Source: Rhizodiscina lignyota
Lineage: Eukaryota
Direction of reading: 5' to 3'
Assembly (NCBI GenBank): GCA_010015805.1
Contig: ML978132.1
Coordinates: forward strand, 434,001 to 498,000
DNA length: 64,000 nt
The stretch's first letter is position 1, and every line of letters begins with the position of its first letter. The position numbers were made by a program, and so were the translations under genes. Positions 27,463-40,259 of the stretch are shown here, piece after piece. The notes below the pieces were generated by a model. That model ran no database searches. It saw only the letters and a program-made list of their open reading frames with translations, and was not told the origin of the DNA.

Positions 27463-30270
27463 ATGGATGTTGCAAGCCCTTTCTTTCCCAAAACGAATGG
27501 CGTACGGCCTCAGAAGCGAAGACCAGCGACGTATGGGAAGGCGACGCGTACAACCAACTACACACTCTCCAAACTAGAGGCTTCACCCGCGAAGCCGAAG
27601 CCTGTTGCTGCACAGGTGTGGTCGCCAGAAAGTAGCCCACCAGCTATCTCGAAACCGTCAACTGGGAAGCTTAAACGCCCCTCACCGAAGCGACAGCGAG
27701 ACGAGATCGCAGATGTTTTCGACGTACCGCCCTCAGACGACGAGCACATTACGCCCCCCAAACCAAAGCGCATGCTCCTCTCACCTTCACCAAGACCACG
27801 GAGGCCGGTTCGGGACAAGACAAAGAGTCGGAACACGTCACGCGACAGTGACTGTGACAGTACCCAAAGCGCGTCGCAAAAGAGGAAAAGGGATACAGAC
27901 TCAGCGGATGTACAGTTGCTAAGAGAAAGCGGTCTTGTGCCCGCTCATGCTGTGAAGTCACATTCGCGCACATCTCCCAAGGGCAAGGAACCTGCTAAAC
28001 CAGCTGTTAAACCAATGTCGGCGCGAGCTGCACATATCCCAGCAAAGACGAAACAATCTATTCAATTCAAGACTGGTGTCAAAACGGGGCAACAAACAAC
28101 CTTGTTGCAGAAGCAGCGGCCAATGACGCAGAAAAGGACTGCTATGCTGCCTAAGCCACTGAAAGGCGTCTCTGCTCCTGGTCAGCTGGAGAGGATGATC
28201 GCCAGCGGTGCCACGACCAGACAGATTCGCAGTCCAACAAAGAATACAAAGTCCGACAGCAGCAGTAGCCCGAGGACGCCATCTTCTCGAGCTTCGGTAT
28301 CGCCTCCTAGCATCATCCGAAGCGGATCTGCAACGCCTAAGCAGAATGCTTTGTGGAGCAAATTGCTCGAGTCTGAAGATGCGACAGACAGTCCTAGCAA
28401 ATTGGCTGTGCAAAATCTTCGCATTTCTGGATCGTCGAAAACATCAGCACAACGAACTTTGCTTCGCTCTGCGACTGACATTGCTCGGCCAGCTGTAGGC
28501 CGTCGGGGTAGACTTATCGATACCCTTGCAAAACCTAACGATGACGAAGAAGATGGCGAAGAGTCATTCGACCAAACCACCTCAACGGAGGATGAGCATG
28601 AGTCGATGGACCTTTCATCCGATCGAGACATGATACAATCACAGCCCATGGAAATCGATCTACCTGCTGCTTCGCTCAGTCAAGGAGGCCCGAGATTTAC
28701 GTATGGTCAACAGAGAACATACATCGAAGAGAACAATCTCGAATTAGAACTGATGCTGGATTCGCCATTAGTCGTCTCTAAGCAATCGTCTGGTGTTGGA
28801 TATGGTAGCCAGAAGACAGCTTCTCAGAGTCAGTCGAAATATTCTCAGGAAGACGAAGATTTGGAAGAGAGTCAGGGCCCGATCAAGAGCGTGCATGAGC
28901 TCCGTGCAGCTGGTGAGAATCAGAGATTCGTGGACGACTTCGAGAATATATTGGAAGATATTCAGCACCGCGGTGGAAAATCCATGTCTCGGCAGCGTAC
29001 CGGGATAGTTGAACTCTGCGAGAAACTGAGCGACAAGAAGTTTGTTGGACGTATGGTGGACCAGGGGCTTGACGAGCGCCTCTTGAAGGCGTGCAGTGGA
29101 GTCTCTGACACAATCTTCAATTTCGCAATGGCAGTTGCTATTGCATACATCTCCGACTCAGATGCCCCGCTCGCGGTCTTACGGCATATCCAAAAATCAG
29201 AGAGCTTCGATATGCTCTTCTCATTTCTTGAGCTAGATGCAGACATTAAAGCTATTGGAAAAGAGCGCCGGACAAACATGTCGAAAGTAGCTCAAACTTC
29301 TCTCTCCGAGTTCCGCGCAAAGGTATTCGAGTCACCAATTTGGGAAGAACAGAAACCGGCGATGCTCTCTCCTCACGTCATGGCTCTCAAGGGTATCGAC
29401 CTTCTCATACGGAATCTTCGACGGAAGGGTCATATGGATGATCTCCTGAATGAGCAAAACACTTCAACACTACTTGCGATTCTTGAGGGGAGATTGAAAC
29501 CCGCTGCTAGCCCGGCTAAGCCGGACCTGATCAGCCTTGAGCTTGCGCTGTCAATCCTGGAATCTGGCTCTATCATCCCGGGCCGAATCCAAACCGCGTG
29601 GACTCCAAAGCGTCTCGACCGTCTTGCAACACTCTTGCCAAAGCTGCTGTGTTTAGATACCACCAATGCAGATCGCCTTCGCGAATTAGCGCTGCGTCTC
29701 ATGCTCAACCTGACAAACAACAATGCGAAGAGCAGCATGCACTTCGCCAACAATGAGCTTCTTCACGTCATCCTCACTACTATCACCGACAGGTTCGACG
29801 AGCTGCGTGCTATCCCAGAGTCTACGGAAGACGATCAAGCCGCGGTCGTGAATCGTTTAGTTCTCTACCTCGGCGCCCTGATCAACCTTGCCGAGTTCTG
29901 CGATTCTGCACGGACAGCAGTACTTGTTGGTGACGGAGTCATGTTGGACGGCCTGCTCGCGTATTTCGTCCAGCAACACACGCAGGCTGCAGAGGCCGAC
30001 TCGCTCCAGGCTAGTCAGCTCAATATCCCGTACGGCTGGCTGTCTGTGGCGTTGGGCAATCTCTGCCAGAATGCGCAGGTCAGAAGGCATGTGCAGCTGA
30101 AGCTCCCGGGCAAGACACTGAAGCCGGTAATCGACGCGATTGAAGAGTTCGTACAGCATCATAGGAAGGTAGATATGTTTGAAGGGGAGGAAGGCGATGC
30201 CGTCTCTGCGAACTTTACGCAGAGATTGAAGGATGTCGCGATGAGACTGAAGGAGAGCGACACGGCTTGA
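27463..30270 (+). CDS. WPL1: Wings-apart-like cohesin release factor (Wapl/Wpl1/Rad61)
   Basis: 935-aa single exon: disordered basic N-half, FTYGQQRTY, KSVHELRAAGENQRFVDD, then a helical WAPL domain (LRLMLNLTNNN, LGALINLAE, GWLSVALGNLC). Confidence 0.85.
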   Translation: MDVASPFFPKTNGVRPQKRRPATYGKATRTTNYTLSKLEASPAKPKPVAAQVWSPESSPPAISKPSTGKLKRPSPKRQRDEIADVFDVPPSDDEHITPPKPKRMLLSPSPRPRRPVRDKTKSRNTSRDSDCDSTQSASQKRKRDTDSADVQLLRESGLVPAHAVKSHSRTSPKGKEPAKPAVKPMSARAAHIPAKTKQSIQFKTGVKTGQQTTLLQKQRPMTQKRTAMLPKPLKGVSAPGQLERMIASGATTRQIRSPTKNTKSDSSSSPRTPSSRASVSPPSIIRSGSATPKQNALWSKLLESEDATDSPSKLAVQNLRISGSSKTSAQRTLLRSATDIARPAVGRRGRLIDTLAKPNDDEEDGEESFDQTTSTEDEHESMDLSSDRDMIQSQPMEIDLPAASLSQGGPRFTYGQQRTYIEENNLELELMLDSPLVVSKQSSGVGYGSQKTASQSQSKYSQEDEDLEESQGPIKSVHELRAAGENQRFVDDFENILEDIQHRGGKSMSRQRTGIVELCEKLSDKKFVGRMVDQGLDERLLKACSGVSDTIFNFAMAVAIAYISDSDAPLAVLRHIQKSESFDMLFSFLELDADIKAIGKERRTNMSKVAQTSLSEFRAKVFESPIWEEQKPAMLSPHVMALKGIDLLIRNLRRKGHMDDLLNEQNTSTLLAILEGRLKPAASPAKPDLISLELALSILESGSIIPGRIQTAWTPKRLDRLATLLPKLLCLDTTNADRLRELALRLMLNLTNNNAKSSMHFANNELLHVILTTITDRFDELRAIPESTEDDQAAVVNRLVLYLGALINLAEFCDSARTAVLVGDGVMLDGLLAYFVQQHTQAAEADSLQASQLNIPYGWLSVALGNLCQNAQVRRHVQLKLPGKTLKPVIDAIEEFVQHHRKVDMFEGEEGDAVSANFTQRLKDVAMRLKESDTA

Positions 30271-30575
30271 GATGGATGACTTCAGAAATCGTAGGCGTTG
30301 GCAACACTTGTTGCAATTGGAGTTTGGCTTTCCAGAGCCGCCAGTAGCGTGGAATGCGCTTTGATGGCAAGAAATGGAATTTGGCAATTTCGGAGATACC
30401 CTTTGGATTGCCGAGCATTGGAGGCTCGATAATGACATCGTGCCATGCAGACATTCTCTCGATTTGTTATGTACATCAGATCCACCGAAGACTCTATCTC
30501 TTTCTATCATGTCCTGTGCAAAATTAAATATAAAAAAACAATCATCAAAAGGCAAATCGTAACGGCGTGAATTAT

Positions 30576-31521
30576 CTACAACCCATTCAACTCGCCTTGA
30601 GCCTTCATCGCATCCCCTGTCCCCGACCAGTCCAACAGCACGACATTCGGAGCCCGTCCGTACAATCCCTCGCACAGATCCGATTGCGCGCCAATGCTGC
30701 CGGTGCCTTGGTCCGCGTTCGTCGTGCTTGCTGCTCCGCGATCTGGTACGTCGATCCCGAGGATGTCTTCGTCTAGAAAGTGGTTGACGATGTACATCCG
30801 TCCGTCAGCGGATGCACCTGATGGCCGGTCGATGTTGCACTCGTTGAAAGATGAGTCGGTCACGTCATACGGCGTCTCAAAATAGTAATTGAATTCGTTG
30901 AGAATGTAGTTGACTTTGGACTCATCGGCGCCGTAATCTAGAGATATCAGTCATAGCCACGGATGCTGTGCTGCTGAGGATCATACCGAGAAAGACGACG
31001 AGACGTGTGCCAGCGTCGATCATGTCGCCAAGGTTGGGCCATGAGCCGATTGGTAGCGGGTTTGAGCTTGGAACGAAGGCATAGGTATTGATCCCCGAAT
31101 TTTTGAACGCGGTATCGAACTCCGAGACGTCAAGGCTATCTCCATTCGTCAACAAAAGCGTAATGACCTCGTTCGCGTTGCTATCGAGAAAGCTCTTCAC
31201 CGTGCCGAGATAGGTCTCCAGCTTGCCAGCATCCAGGAGCAAGCAGCTGGTGTGGCACAAGTCGAGATCGCCTAGGATATTCTTGTGCGTCTGGCCCTGC
31301 AGGAAACGGATGCCCAGATTCATTTGGTCGGTCAGCGAGAGGTCCTGGTTGTCGGACGGCTCGCTGCCCACGAAAGCAGAGTCATGTGATCCGACGAACG
31401 ATATGTTGGAGTAACTGCGGCTACAATATGCCGCGTTGCCATTGCATTGACGTTGTGCGAATGTATGAGTAATAGAGGATAGTACGAGAGTGAACAGTGA
31501 TAGAAAGCGAACGGAAGGCAT
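30576..31521 (-). CDS. Secreted PLC-like phosphodiesterase (PI-PLC X-like)
   Basis: Signal peptide, CNGNAAYCSRSYSNISFVGSHDSAF, GIRFLQGQTH, LCHTSCLLLDAG, YFETPYD, YIVNHFLD, GRAPNVVLLD; one intron. Confidence 0.88.
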
Positions 31522-33017
31522 AGTGATGAATATTAGAAATATAGCCTCGCACAGCGAAGATGAACAACGTCAAGAGCTGGAAAGAACGCGCATTACCTAC
31601 CCAGGAACTTGTTTAGAGCTTCTCAAGGGTGGTATATGTAGACAATTAAGTGTGCGTCGCCTTGGAGCAGAATGTTGCCGTTCCTGGTTGCCATTGGTCG
31701 GAGCATAGATTCGGTGGCTTGGTCGTTTCAAGAAGGTGAAGGGTCTCAGTGGCCCAAATGGATTCCTTAGTCCCAAACCTGCATTAACTGAGATCTTTCT
31801 TGAATGTTTCTGTGGGGTGCTCCGAGGCGCGGAAACAAAATAGACAAGACATGTGGCTCCTCGTGGCTCCTATTGCTGCGGCGGTGGCCGTGCTTTCTGG
31901 CATCTCATTTCAGAGGCGACTTCGTCTGTCTGACAAAATACTTTCTCGAATCTCAATGTTCGCCAGCAAGCATCGACAGTCGGCGATTATCTCCCACAGT
32001 GCTTTTCCCAGCCGTCGCTATTGCGCATGCTGCATAATCTTGAGTCGTTATAGCCTGCGTGACCATTAGAAGAGCATCCAGCAGCACATGCTATGGCGAT
32101 CCCCCAGCCCTGGCTACTTTTGGCAGGTCTCGGAAAGGGTGGTATAGCTTTTTCTGGCAGCTGGCATCCAGGGCGCATATAGCTAAGTGCACTCATCAGC
32201 CATTCAGGGCTGGCAAAAGGAGCATGTTTGAAGACAACATCAGCTGTGTAAAGCGAGAGGTTGCGGTCGCGATTGTCTCACTCGCAGAATAAGGGCGGCG
32301 TCACTAGATAAAATGCCGAGGCGCCACAGCGCCGCGCCGCGCCTCCTTTGTGGCTTTAAGGCCCGGCGGATGTCTTCTGCGTAGACATTACTTTAGCTAC
32401 TTTAAACGTATCACCTTATCCATTCTGCACACCATGAACAGAGGTTGGACACCAATGCTAAAACCGATGGCATTGGTAGACTGTTCAACAAAGCTCGTAG
32501 CTTTACCGCCTTCAAGAACGGAGTACTCTATGATTAAACAACACCTTGCGCATACCAGACGCTGGCTTCAGAGCGGTTAAAGAGTGTCCATTGGAGCCTG
32601 CACGTCTCTGCCACATTATAAGCAGAAGTATGTTCCACTAGTCGGACGGACTGATGATTACCGTAAGTTAAAGGAGATTGGTGAGGCTCCCAGAGGTATC
32701 GCTCAGCCCGTACTGCCTAGGAATGCCGCTCAACTTGAAAGCTATGTAGAGTCTTTGGCTTGTGACACTAATCTGTTAATCTACATCCTGTACAGAGGTA
32801 CCTACGGAGCTTCGTACTCCGTGATATCAAGTTTGGTGAAAGAGCAGTTGCACCAAGTGCAGTCCCCGCTTTCTCAATGCCGAGAATCCTCTTGTCATTT
32901 TATTCTGCCTCAATAAGTTGAATACCGTCTTTTTCAGCTCTGCAGGTTCAGATCTCCTCCCTTTGTCTTGTCCATATCCTTCTGTTAGCTTCCATTTGAT
33001 TCTATTCGTCACCAATC

Positions 33018-33923
33018 ATGGCAGCGGTACAAGCCCCTTTAACCCAGAATGCTGTCAACACAACCCTGAACTATTATCTTGACCCAGCAAAAGGCGGACA
33101 TGAATCAATGCAACTCGGAACGGCGGGTTACTTCCGTCTGAAGTATAACGAACAACCTGTTCAGATTCACGACCTCCGCGGCCGTGAGAACCAATTCAAC
33201 TTGGCTGACAACGCCTTTCAGCATAGAAGACATGTCAGCAGTGAGAAGGATTTCTCCGATGACGATGCCATCAAGAACACATACTACAAAGAAATCGAGC
33301 AACTACTTAAAGAGGTTACTGGCGCGTCAAGAGTCCATGTTTTCTCCCACATGGTGCGCCGCTCCGACAAGGAGTCCCTCAGAGCGTCAGCATCCAAGCT
33401 TGAAGACTCATCAACGATCACTGCTCCGCCGCCTGCAACTTACGTCCATGTCGACCAGTCCGAACAAGGCGCATACACCGTTCTGAACGACAATCCCGTG
33501 CCCAAGGCACCTGCAACTCTACAGAATTGTCGCTTTGCCATCATAAATGTTTGGCGGCCCATTAAGCCCATCTACAAAGACCCGCTCGCCGTGTGCGATG
33601 CGCGTTCCGTGCCAGAGAGCGACTTCGTCCCAGTCACTGCCTATTTCCCACCGAAAGGCAGCATGCAATACGCGGAGCTCTCCGGCGGCAACAGCTACGA
33701 GGTGTATTACGCCAAAGCGAATCCGCAACATCGGTGGTACTTTGTCAATAACATGCAGCCGGATGAAGTCCTTTGCATTAAATGTTACGATTCAAAGAAG
33801 GACGGAACGGTGGGAAGAAGAGCACCACATAGTGCATTCAGTGATCCGCGAACGGTCGGAGATAAGACGAGAGAGAGCGTTGAAGTTAGAACTCTGTGCT
33901 TTTGGGAAGATGAGGCAAGATAG
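33018..33923 (+). CDS. AsaB/CmcJ/GA4-desaturase-like oxidoreductase (intronless)
   Basis: IHDLRG, YYKEIEQLLKEVTGASRVHVFSH, VHVDQS, IINVWRPI, DPLAVCDARSV, HRWYF, KCYDS, APHSAF, RESVEVR. Confidence 0.85.
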   Translation: MAAVQAPLTQNAVNTTLNYYLDPAKGGHESMQLGTAGYFRLKYNEQPVQIHDLRGRENQFNLADNAFQHRRHVSSEKDFSDDDAIKNTYYKEIEQLLKEVTGASRVHVFSHMVRRSDKESLRASASKLEDSSTITAPPPATYVHVDQSEQGAYTVLNDNPVPKAPATLQNCRFAIINVWRPIKPIYKDPLAVCDARSVPESDFVPVTAYFPPKGSMQYAELSGGNSYEVYYAKANPQHRWYFVNNMQPDEVLCIKCYDSKKDGTVGRRAPHSAFSDPRTVGDKTRESVEVRTLCFWEDEAR

Positions 33924-34930
33924 TAGGTTAGGCTAGGTATGGATGTGAGATCCACGCTGAAGAAATTGGACGAAGGTCAGATTGCATCGCTAAAACGTAT
34001 CGTATTCGCTCTCAAGGTTCCAGGTGAACACGCTTGAAGCCGTAAATTGATATGCCGGACGTTGCTTTCCGTCAAACTCTCCATCCCTGCGTGATCATTC
34101 TCCGTTCATTCCTCCTAGCTCCATATGTTTGAGTCACTTTACTCCCGTTCGATAGTTAGATTCTGCAGCATGTTCTATGCCCAGGAAAGAGTATACGTAC
34201 GTCATCTTCGGGGATCGGCGCAAGCGTTCTCTTGTTCTTCAATACCGGTGTGAATAAAAGGGAGAGCGGAACCAATCAGCCAAAAAATACTACGCAGCTC
34301 TCTAGCTTTCCGTTTCCTGCATATAACCCTTCACCGGAGATCGCGATGCGGTTGGCTCCAAGCAAGGTGCTACACTGGACTCTTCAGCAGCAATCATTAC
34401 AATCAATAGAACGAAACAGCCAGCGGACAATAAGATAAGCAGGAGAAGATAATATTCAGACGGTACATATGCTTTCTATGCCGCACGTGTATGTAGCGAC
34501 TTTGTGTAAATGCAAAAGTGAGAATGCCACAGACGGTCTTAGAGAGAGTGCATACTTATCAGGACAGGGAAGCAGACTTTATCATTCATCGTCTGAGTTA
34601 CTGGTGCTTCCAATTTTAGAAGATGGGCATCTACTTGGGGGGCTCTCAGCACATTGCGACATGTGATCGATCTTTTATTCGGTCGGTGAAAAATGCAGCT
34701 TTCTCCAGAAGATGACAGAACATATCAATGTTGGATATTTAGCACAATTTGAATTGTGTATCTATACCGACGGCCATGGTATTAAGAAGCGATCGAGTGC
34801 TTTCTAGGAATCACCGAAGATCAGGGTCCTAGAAGTTTTACTGTCGCCGCCGCCCTACTCTTCGTTCATGCATGCAATCATATATCATCGTCAGTTGTAG
34901 AAATCCAGACTGAAAGAAGAAAGGAATTGC

Positions 34931-35581
34931 TCAAACACTAAGACTCTCCCTCAACTTGATGTACTCCTTTCGGTAAGTGTTCTCGTCAGAATCCCCACCT
35001 CGGTTGATTGGTGTCCACTTTGGCTCGTCCTTGAACAACCTCATCGCCTTGGTGTACTATCCTTTCATTAGCACATCTTGCACACTCCGTTCGAATCTAA
35101 ATGAGCCACTCACGTTCTTCTCATCCGTCGTGAATCGGTGATATATACCCGCCGGCATGATCATCAGATCATTCTTGTCCAGCTTGATCCTCACCCAATC
35201 GTCGTCCTTGCCGCGCACATCAAAGTATCCACCGCCGTCGATGATGTAGCGGATTTCCTCGTCCTCGTGCAGGTGCTCGTGGAAGAATGTTTTCACCTTC
35301 TCCTCGTAAATGTTGCCCATTTTCTCCGGCGAGATGGTGATCTCGTCGCGGTTCTTGTAGCCACGCTGTTGCGCGACAGCATTGACATCGTCGACGGAAG
35401 GGTAGTTGAAGGCCAAGATACCGAGCTTTGAGAGGTAGGCTGGATCGACGTCGCGGCCAGAGTCGTGAGGCTCGCGTTGATCGCCCTGTGAAGTACTGTT
35501 AGCCGTATCCGTTCCTTAAGGTCCCCTGGCAAACAAGGCCTAAATACATACAGGAAGATTGTCAAACCAGTATGCGCGCAT
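34931..35581 (-). CDS. ADI1: Acireductone dioxygenase (methionine salvage)
   Basis: [71 protein letters not shown]. Confidence 0.95.
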
Positions 35582-36213
35582 CGTGATATTTGTCGCAGAT
35601 ATTTCAAATCTGAGAGAGGAACGGAGAGGAAGGTTGGGATGCTGGTGCAAAGGTTAAATATAAGCTTACATCCTGGTGGGGTTGTAGATTTTTAAACGTG
35701 GCGGGCCAGGACTTTCAACTTCGGCGATATGATGCCATCGGCAAGTGTAGCACCTCGCACGAGAGGCCACAAGCAGAGAGAGCTGTCAGCCGGATCAAAA
35801 TCGGCATTCAATGATAGGTGGATTACTGCAGGGTCTATGGCTTTTCAACCTTTCATGCATCTGAATGGCGTGCAGAATTTTAGCCTCATCTCGAAGGATT
35901 TCAGCTATTACCACCTGACGCCAATTTAGCCATCCTGAGCTCAATTCGAATGCGCTCAAGTCATATAGAATTCACTATAGGTTCCAAACGGTTGTTTTTG
36001 AATGCAGAAGCTCGAACTTATCAAAAAGGCTCAGCCACAGCAACGAAATGCTGAACTGCGACGATGCATATCCTCGTCAGCCAGAATAGGTTGTGCACAT
36101 TATATCTACGTATTCCCGAGAAGTGCTGTTAGAAGCATATCAGATCAAACTTTCAGAGGAGCCCTGGAATGTTCGGAAGAGCAAATCTCTGTTGAACTTC
36201 AGGCGCAAGTGTT

Positions 36214-36346
36214 TAGGGTTAGATGTCTCACAAAACCCTGAATTCTATGCTTTTAACCGACACCATTGAGAAATAGGGTTAGATGTCCCAGAAACCCTAA
36301 ATACTATGCTGTTAACCCGACACCGTCAGAAAATAGGGTTAGGGTT
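36214..36346. repeat. 60-bp imperfect tandem repeat (about 2.2 copies) built from inverted telomere-like motifs
   Basis: TAGGGTTAG at 36214, 36274 and 36334. Each full unit reads TAGGGTTAGATGTCYCA..AAACCCT(G/A)AAT.CTATGCT.TTAACC(C)GACACC. Confidence 0.85.
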
Positions 36347-37126
36347 GCAATCTCACTCATCTCTGATCGCGAAGAATCTTCCGTGTCTACTTCCTGTCTC
36401 ATTTTCTCTTCCTACGTACCAATTCTCTTCGAGATTCGAATTCGATCAAGTATGATCCAAGAGCCAATACTCTATTCTAATTCTCCTCTGTTTGAAAATG
36501 AAGTAATCAGTAACCAGTCATTCTCTGCATTGACGCTGAGGTTACGATAAAGAGTCGAATCAAGCTTCTTATCCCTGGAGAATGTCGAGATCATCCCATA
36601 CATACTCCTCCGCTATTTGCGATTACCATGTGGAATCGTAATCGAGCAAGGCCCTTCAAATTTTCCCTGTCAATATCCTCGTTCGATACCTCTTCCAGCC
36701 TTCGGATGAAATACACGGCACTCGACGTGTCCCCATAATATTAGAAAGAGGTCTGAAGTTTCAAAGCTTCAGGACATGTCCCGAATTGACTACTTTATTC
36801 ATTTTAATATGCCTATGTCATCTTGTTAATCTTTTAGGCATTAACCTATTTCTTTCGATTTTGGGACGATACATGACATGCATATGGTCATTCCAAAAAG
36901 TTGCCTACTCTTCGGCAGTTGTTCCCGAAGTATTTTGCCTGATAGCTTTAGGTAACCAAGGGATATGCCATAGCTGCATTATGAGGTATTCGAAGTCGTG
37001 ACGATAGTGGTTGAGGACTATAAGTTCCAGAGCCTCACTCATTCATTCGGGGTGTTGTTTCCTTGTATGCGTCCATATCCATGCGGCAGAGCTTTTCACC
37101 TTTGTTCTCTAATTTCAATATTCGAA

Positions 37127-38699
37127 ATGACTAAAAAGTGCACGCTTTTATTTGGCCTTGTGTGTTTGCAGGTACTTGTGTCTGCAGTCCCTGCCCCTCG
37201 AAATCTCGATGTGGAACAGCTACAGCAGCGGGAGACGCTCGTCACGGCATTACCTTCTGGACCGTCAGGAGCTTCAGGATCGCTTGCAGGGCCAAAGTCG
37301 CTCCTAGGTTATGACCCAGTCTTTGCTAGAGAAGTACCTGATCATTCGGATGTCGACTTCACTCTTGCTCCTGGACAGTCCGAAGATGCCGATCTTGGAC
37401 TGTATATTGACCTTACCAAAGCGCATAACCCTCAACCAATTAGAGGAGGGACTCAGAAACCCACCGACCCAGGGCCTCGTGAGTGAACTTATTCAATACA
37501 TATCTGTAGTATATTTACCGCGATCAGGAAACATGGCGTATGAACGCATCAACTCCGATCTATTCCTCCCTCCAAATTCCGACGCTGGCGACGTGCCCAA
37601 TGCCGTTTGGCCTTTGGGTCTCTCTCACAACAGACATGGTCAAGCTGGCGCCGGCTGGGCGCGACAGCAGAATACCGACGAACTTCCAATCGCTACGGCA
37701 ATGGCTGGGGTGGACATGCGGCTCGAGCCTTACGCCTATCGCGAACTCCACTGGCACAAACAAGACGAATGGTCCCTGATCTTGAACGGCAGCGTCCGCA
37801 TCTCCTCCGTCAACGAAGCTGGCCAGACTACAATTGACGACCTTGTTGCTGGTGACGTGTGGTTCTTCCCTGCTGGTGTACCTCACAATATTCAGGCTAA
37901 AGAGTACGGCGTGGAGTTCTTGTTGGTCTTCGACGACGGCTCATTCAGTGAAGACAATACCTTCCTCGTCTCGGAGCTGTTCGAACGGAATCCGAAGAGC
38001 GTTCTCGCAAAGAATTTTCGGACCGACGTCAGTGCGTTCGATGACCTTCCAGATGGCCAGCTCTACATTTTTCCGGGAACACCGCTCCCAGCAAACGCGT
38101 CCGAGCAGAATGTCACAGGGCCGGCTGGACCTATTCCAAAGGAAGAAAGCTACACGTACCACTTCTCCAAGCAGGCAGCGTACGAAGTCCCTGGCGGTAG
38201 CGTCAAAATAATCGATCCATTGAACTTTCCGATCGCCTCCAACTTCTCCGCCGCCCTCTTCACAATTGAGCCTGGTGCCATGCGCGAAATCCACTGGCAC
38301 ACGCGCTCCGATGAATGGTCCTACTTCATTTCCGGCATAGCCCGATTGACTGTGTTCTCTGCCCCTGAATCAAGCCGGACGTTTGACTTCCATCCCGGGG
38401 ATGTCGGATACGTTCCAGTACCGAATGCTCACTACATAGAGAATGTCGGAACCGAGCCACTTGTCTACCTCGAGATGCTGTTGGCAGGAGCTTACAACGA
38501 CATTAGTGACGAGCTATGTTCTATATCTTTGGAAAGTGTTGCGATGAAGACAGGTGAAGACCATCTGTCAAGTTTCAAACTGCTCCGCATGTACACGTTC
38601 GACACAGGCCGAAGCAACTGTGGTAACGGCGAACTCTGCGCGCAAGGGGGTTTCCCCAAGTCCTTCGACAGAGTGCACCGAGAACGCCTTGCTTGCTGA
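37127..38699 (+). CDS. Secreted oxalate decarboxylase (bicupin), C-terminus apparently truncated or replaced; possible pseudogene
   Basis: Signal peptide, GWARQQN, RELHWHKQDEW, FPAGVPHNIQ, lid FSEDNTF, REIHWHTRSDEWSYF, HYIENVG; intron 37480-37527. Family similarity stops after YNDIS (38507). Confidence 0.85.
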
Positions 38700-39948
38700 G
38701 CTTGTATCCGATCTTGCGTGGAATCTGCCCTTAATGTTTGCATCGACGTGAGAAACTTTCAGCATCTACGCATTTCACCGCCCACGGTTACCGACGCATG
38801 ATATGCAAAGTTTGAATTCTTTAATTCCTACATGTACAGAGGCTGATGCGCCCTTTATGTATCAGCATATATTCGCCATTACGCAGATACTCTTTATACT
38901 GAAGAGTAGATGCAGTTTAGCTAAGATACCTTACACGCCAGCAGTCACGAGCTACAGCGCGTTTCGGTCGCACCTTGGAAGTGGGTGTATCGAGTGATGT
39001 ACAGTTTGGTGACGAACAGCTACCGTCTCGTGCTCCTACTTCTATTCTAGAAGGTGGGTTAGATCTTGTTCTTAAATAGTAAGGGTCAGTAACGTCGCCG
39101 ATAGCATGCCTGGCAGCAGATACATGCACACATCAAGCCCAGCGTCAAAACCGCTCTCTTAAGGATTCTTGTACGTCGCAATGCTATCAGAGCGCTAGCC
39201 AGGCATATGAAGCCGCCAACGAATTGTGTACACATGTCCAACAGGATCGCGGAATGGTATAAACCGCAGGTATTTCCTAGCCTCGACAGCTTTACTCGTA
39301 GGGTACGCATGGAGTTTGGCAGTAAACCGCGAGGTCAAGCTCGCCTGACCTCCAAGAAGGGAATCCACGGCGAGAGTGGCTCGAACGATCGGGTTGAGGA
39401 CGCGATGGTGTCTCGTGAGACTGTGCCACCGGGAAGCCATGGATTGGATGGACCTAGAGCGTTGGAAGTTGGTCGAAACTAGAGCAAGCACCGTAAGTTA
39501 CCGAAGACGATAGAATATCTTGATTCCCCGCACGGAATCGTCATTCCGCTGGACTATGCATGATCGGTATCGAGGATTGCACGGCAGATCGTCAAATTCC
39601 AGGGCTCGATCCAGCACGAGTCGTCGGATGGCGCTCGGTCCGTGCGCGACACGTAAGAATCGCGATGCACGAGTCATGATCCATATTGCACGAACGTAAG
39701 AGCAATTCCGCTAACTTGCTGACTTGAATTGATGTCATCCTATGCTAAAATGATGCCTGTGAACTTTTCATGCTGTCTTGAACTCGATTCCCACTGCGGA
39801 TGACCCAGACCGATCGCTCGGCCATCTGGCTCTCCGCTCCTAAGAATGCCTCAACTGCCAATGCACACAAAACGAAGATGCCAAAACCCAATACGCCCTC
39901 GAGCATTTCTCGTCAAATCGTGTAAGTCGTGGAAATCGTAGACAGGTG

Positions 39949-40259
39949 TTACGGAAGTCGCGCCTCGGCTTCTGAGCACTGCGATCTGCGTGGCAGTGCG
40001 TCAAGCTGCCTTTCTGCTTCTTCAAGACCGGCCTCGTAGCTGATATTGAACGTCGCTGCGAGATAGGATGCGTAGCGGTTGCGATAGCCAGAAGAGAATG
40101 GGAGTTTGGAATCGGAATAGGATGTCACGGGTTCTGGAAACATTTTGTTAACCCAAGCGTTAATCGAGGGGTTTGTGGCGGTGTAATACCTCCGTTCACA
40201 GCAATTGAGGGCACAGAGGAAGCTACTGAGCTCGCCCTTGATGAGCGACGACTATCCAT
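39949..40259 (-). CDS. Spliced 84-aa hypothetical microprotein
   Basis: Exon 40259-40190, intron 40189-40134 (GTATTA..TTAAC..CAG), exon 40133-39949, all in frame; TATATATA about 145 bp upstream. Confidence 0.6.

Noticed and set aside
29857..30675. 272-aa minus-strand ORF
   Set aside because: Mostly antisense to the WAPL 3' end; no recognisable motifs.
30576..38699. Secondary-metabolite cluster around the AsaB-like gene
   Set aside because: No PKS, NRPS or terpene backbone gene, transporter or cluster regulator lies nearby.
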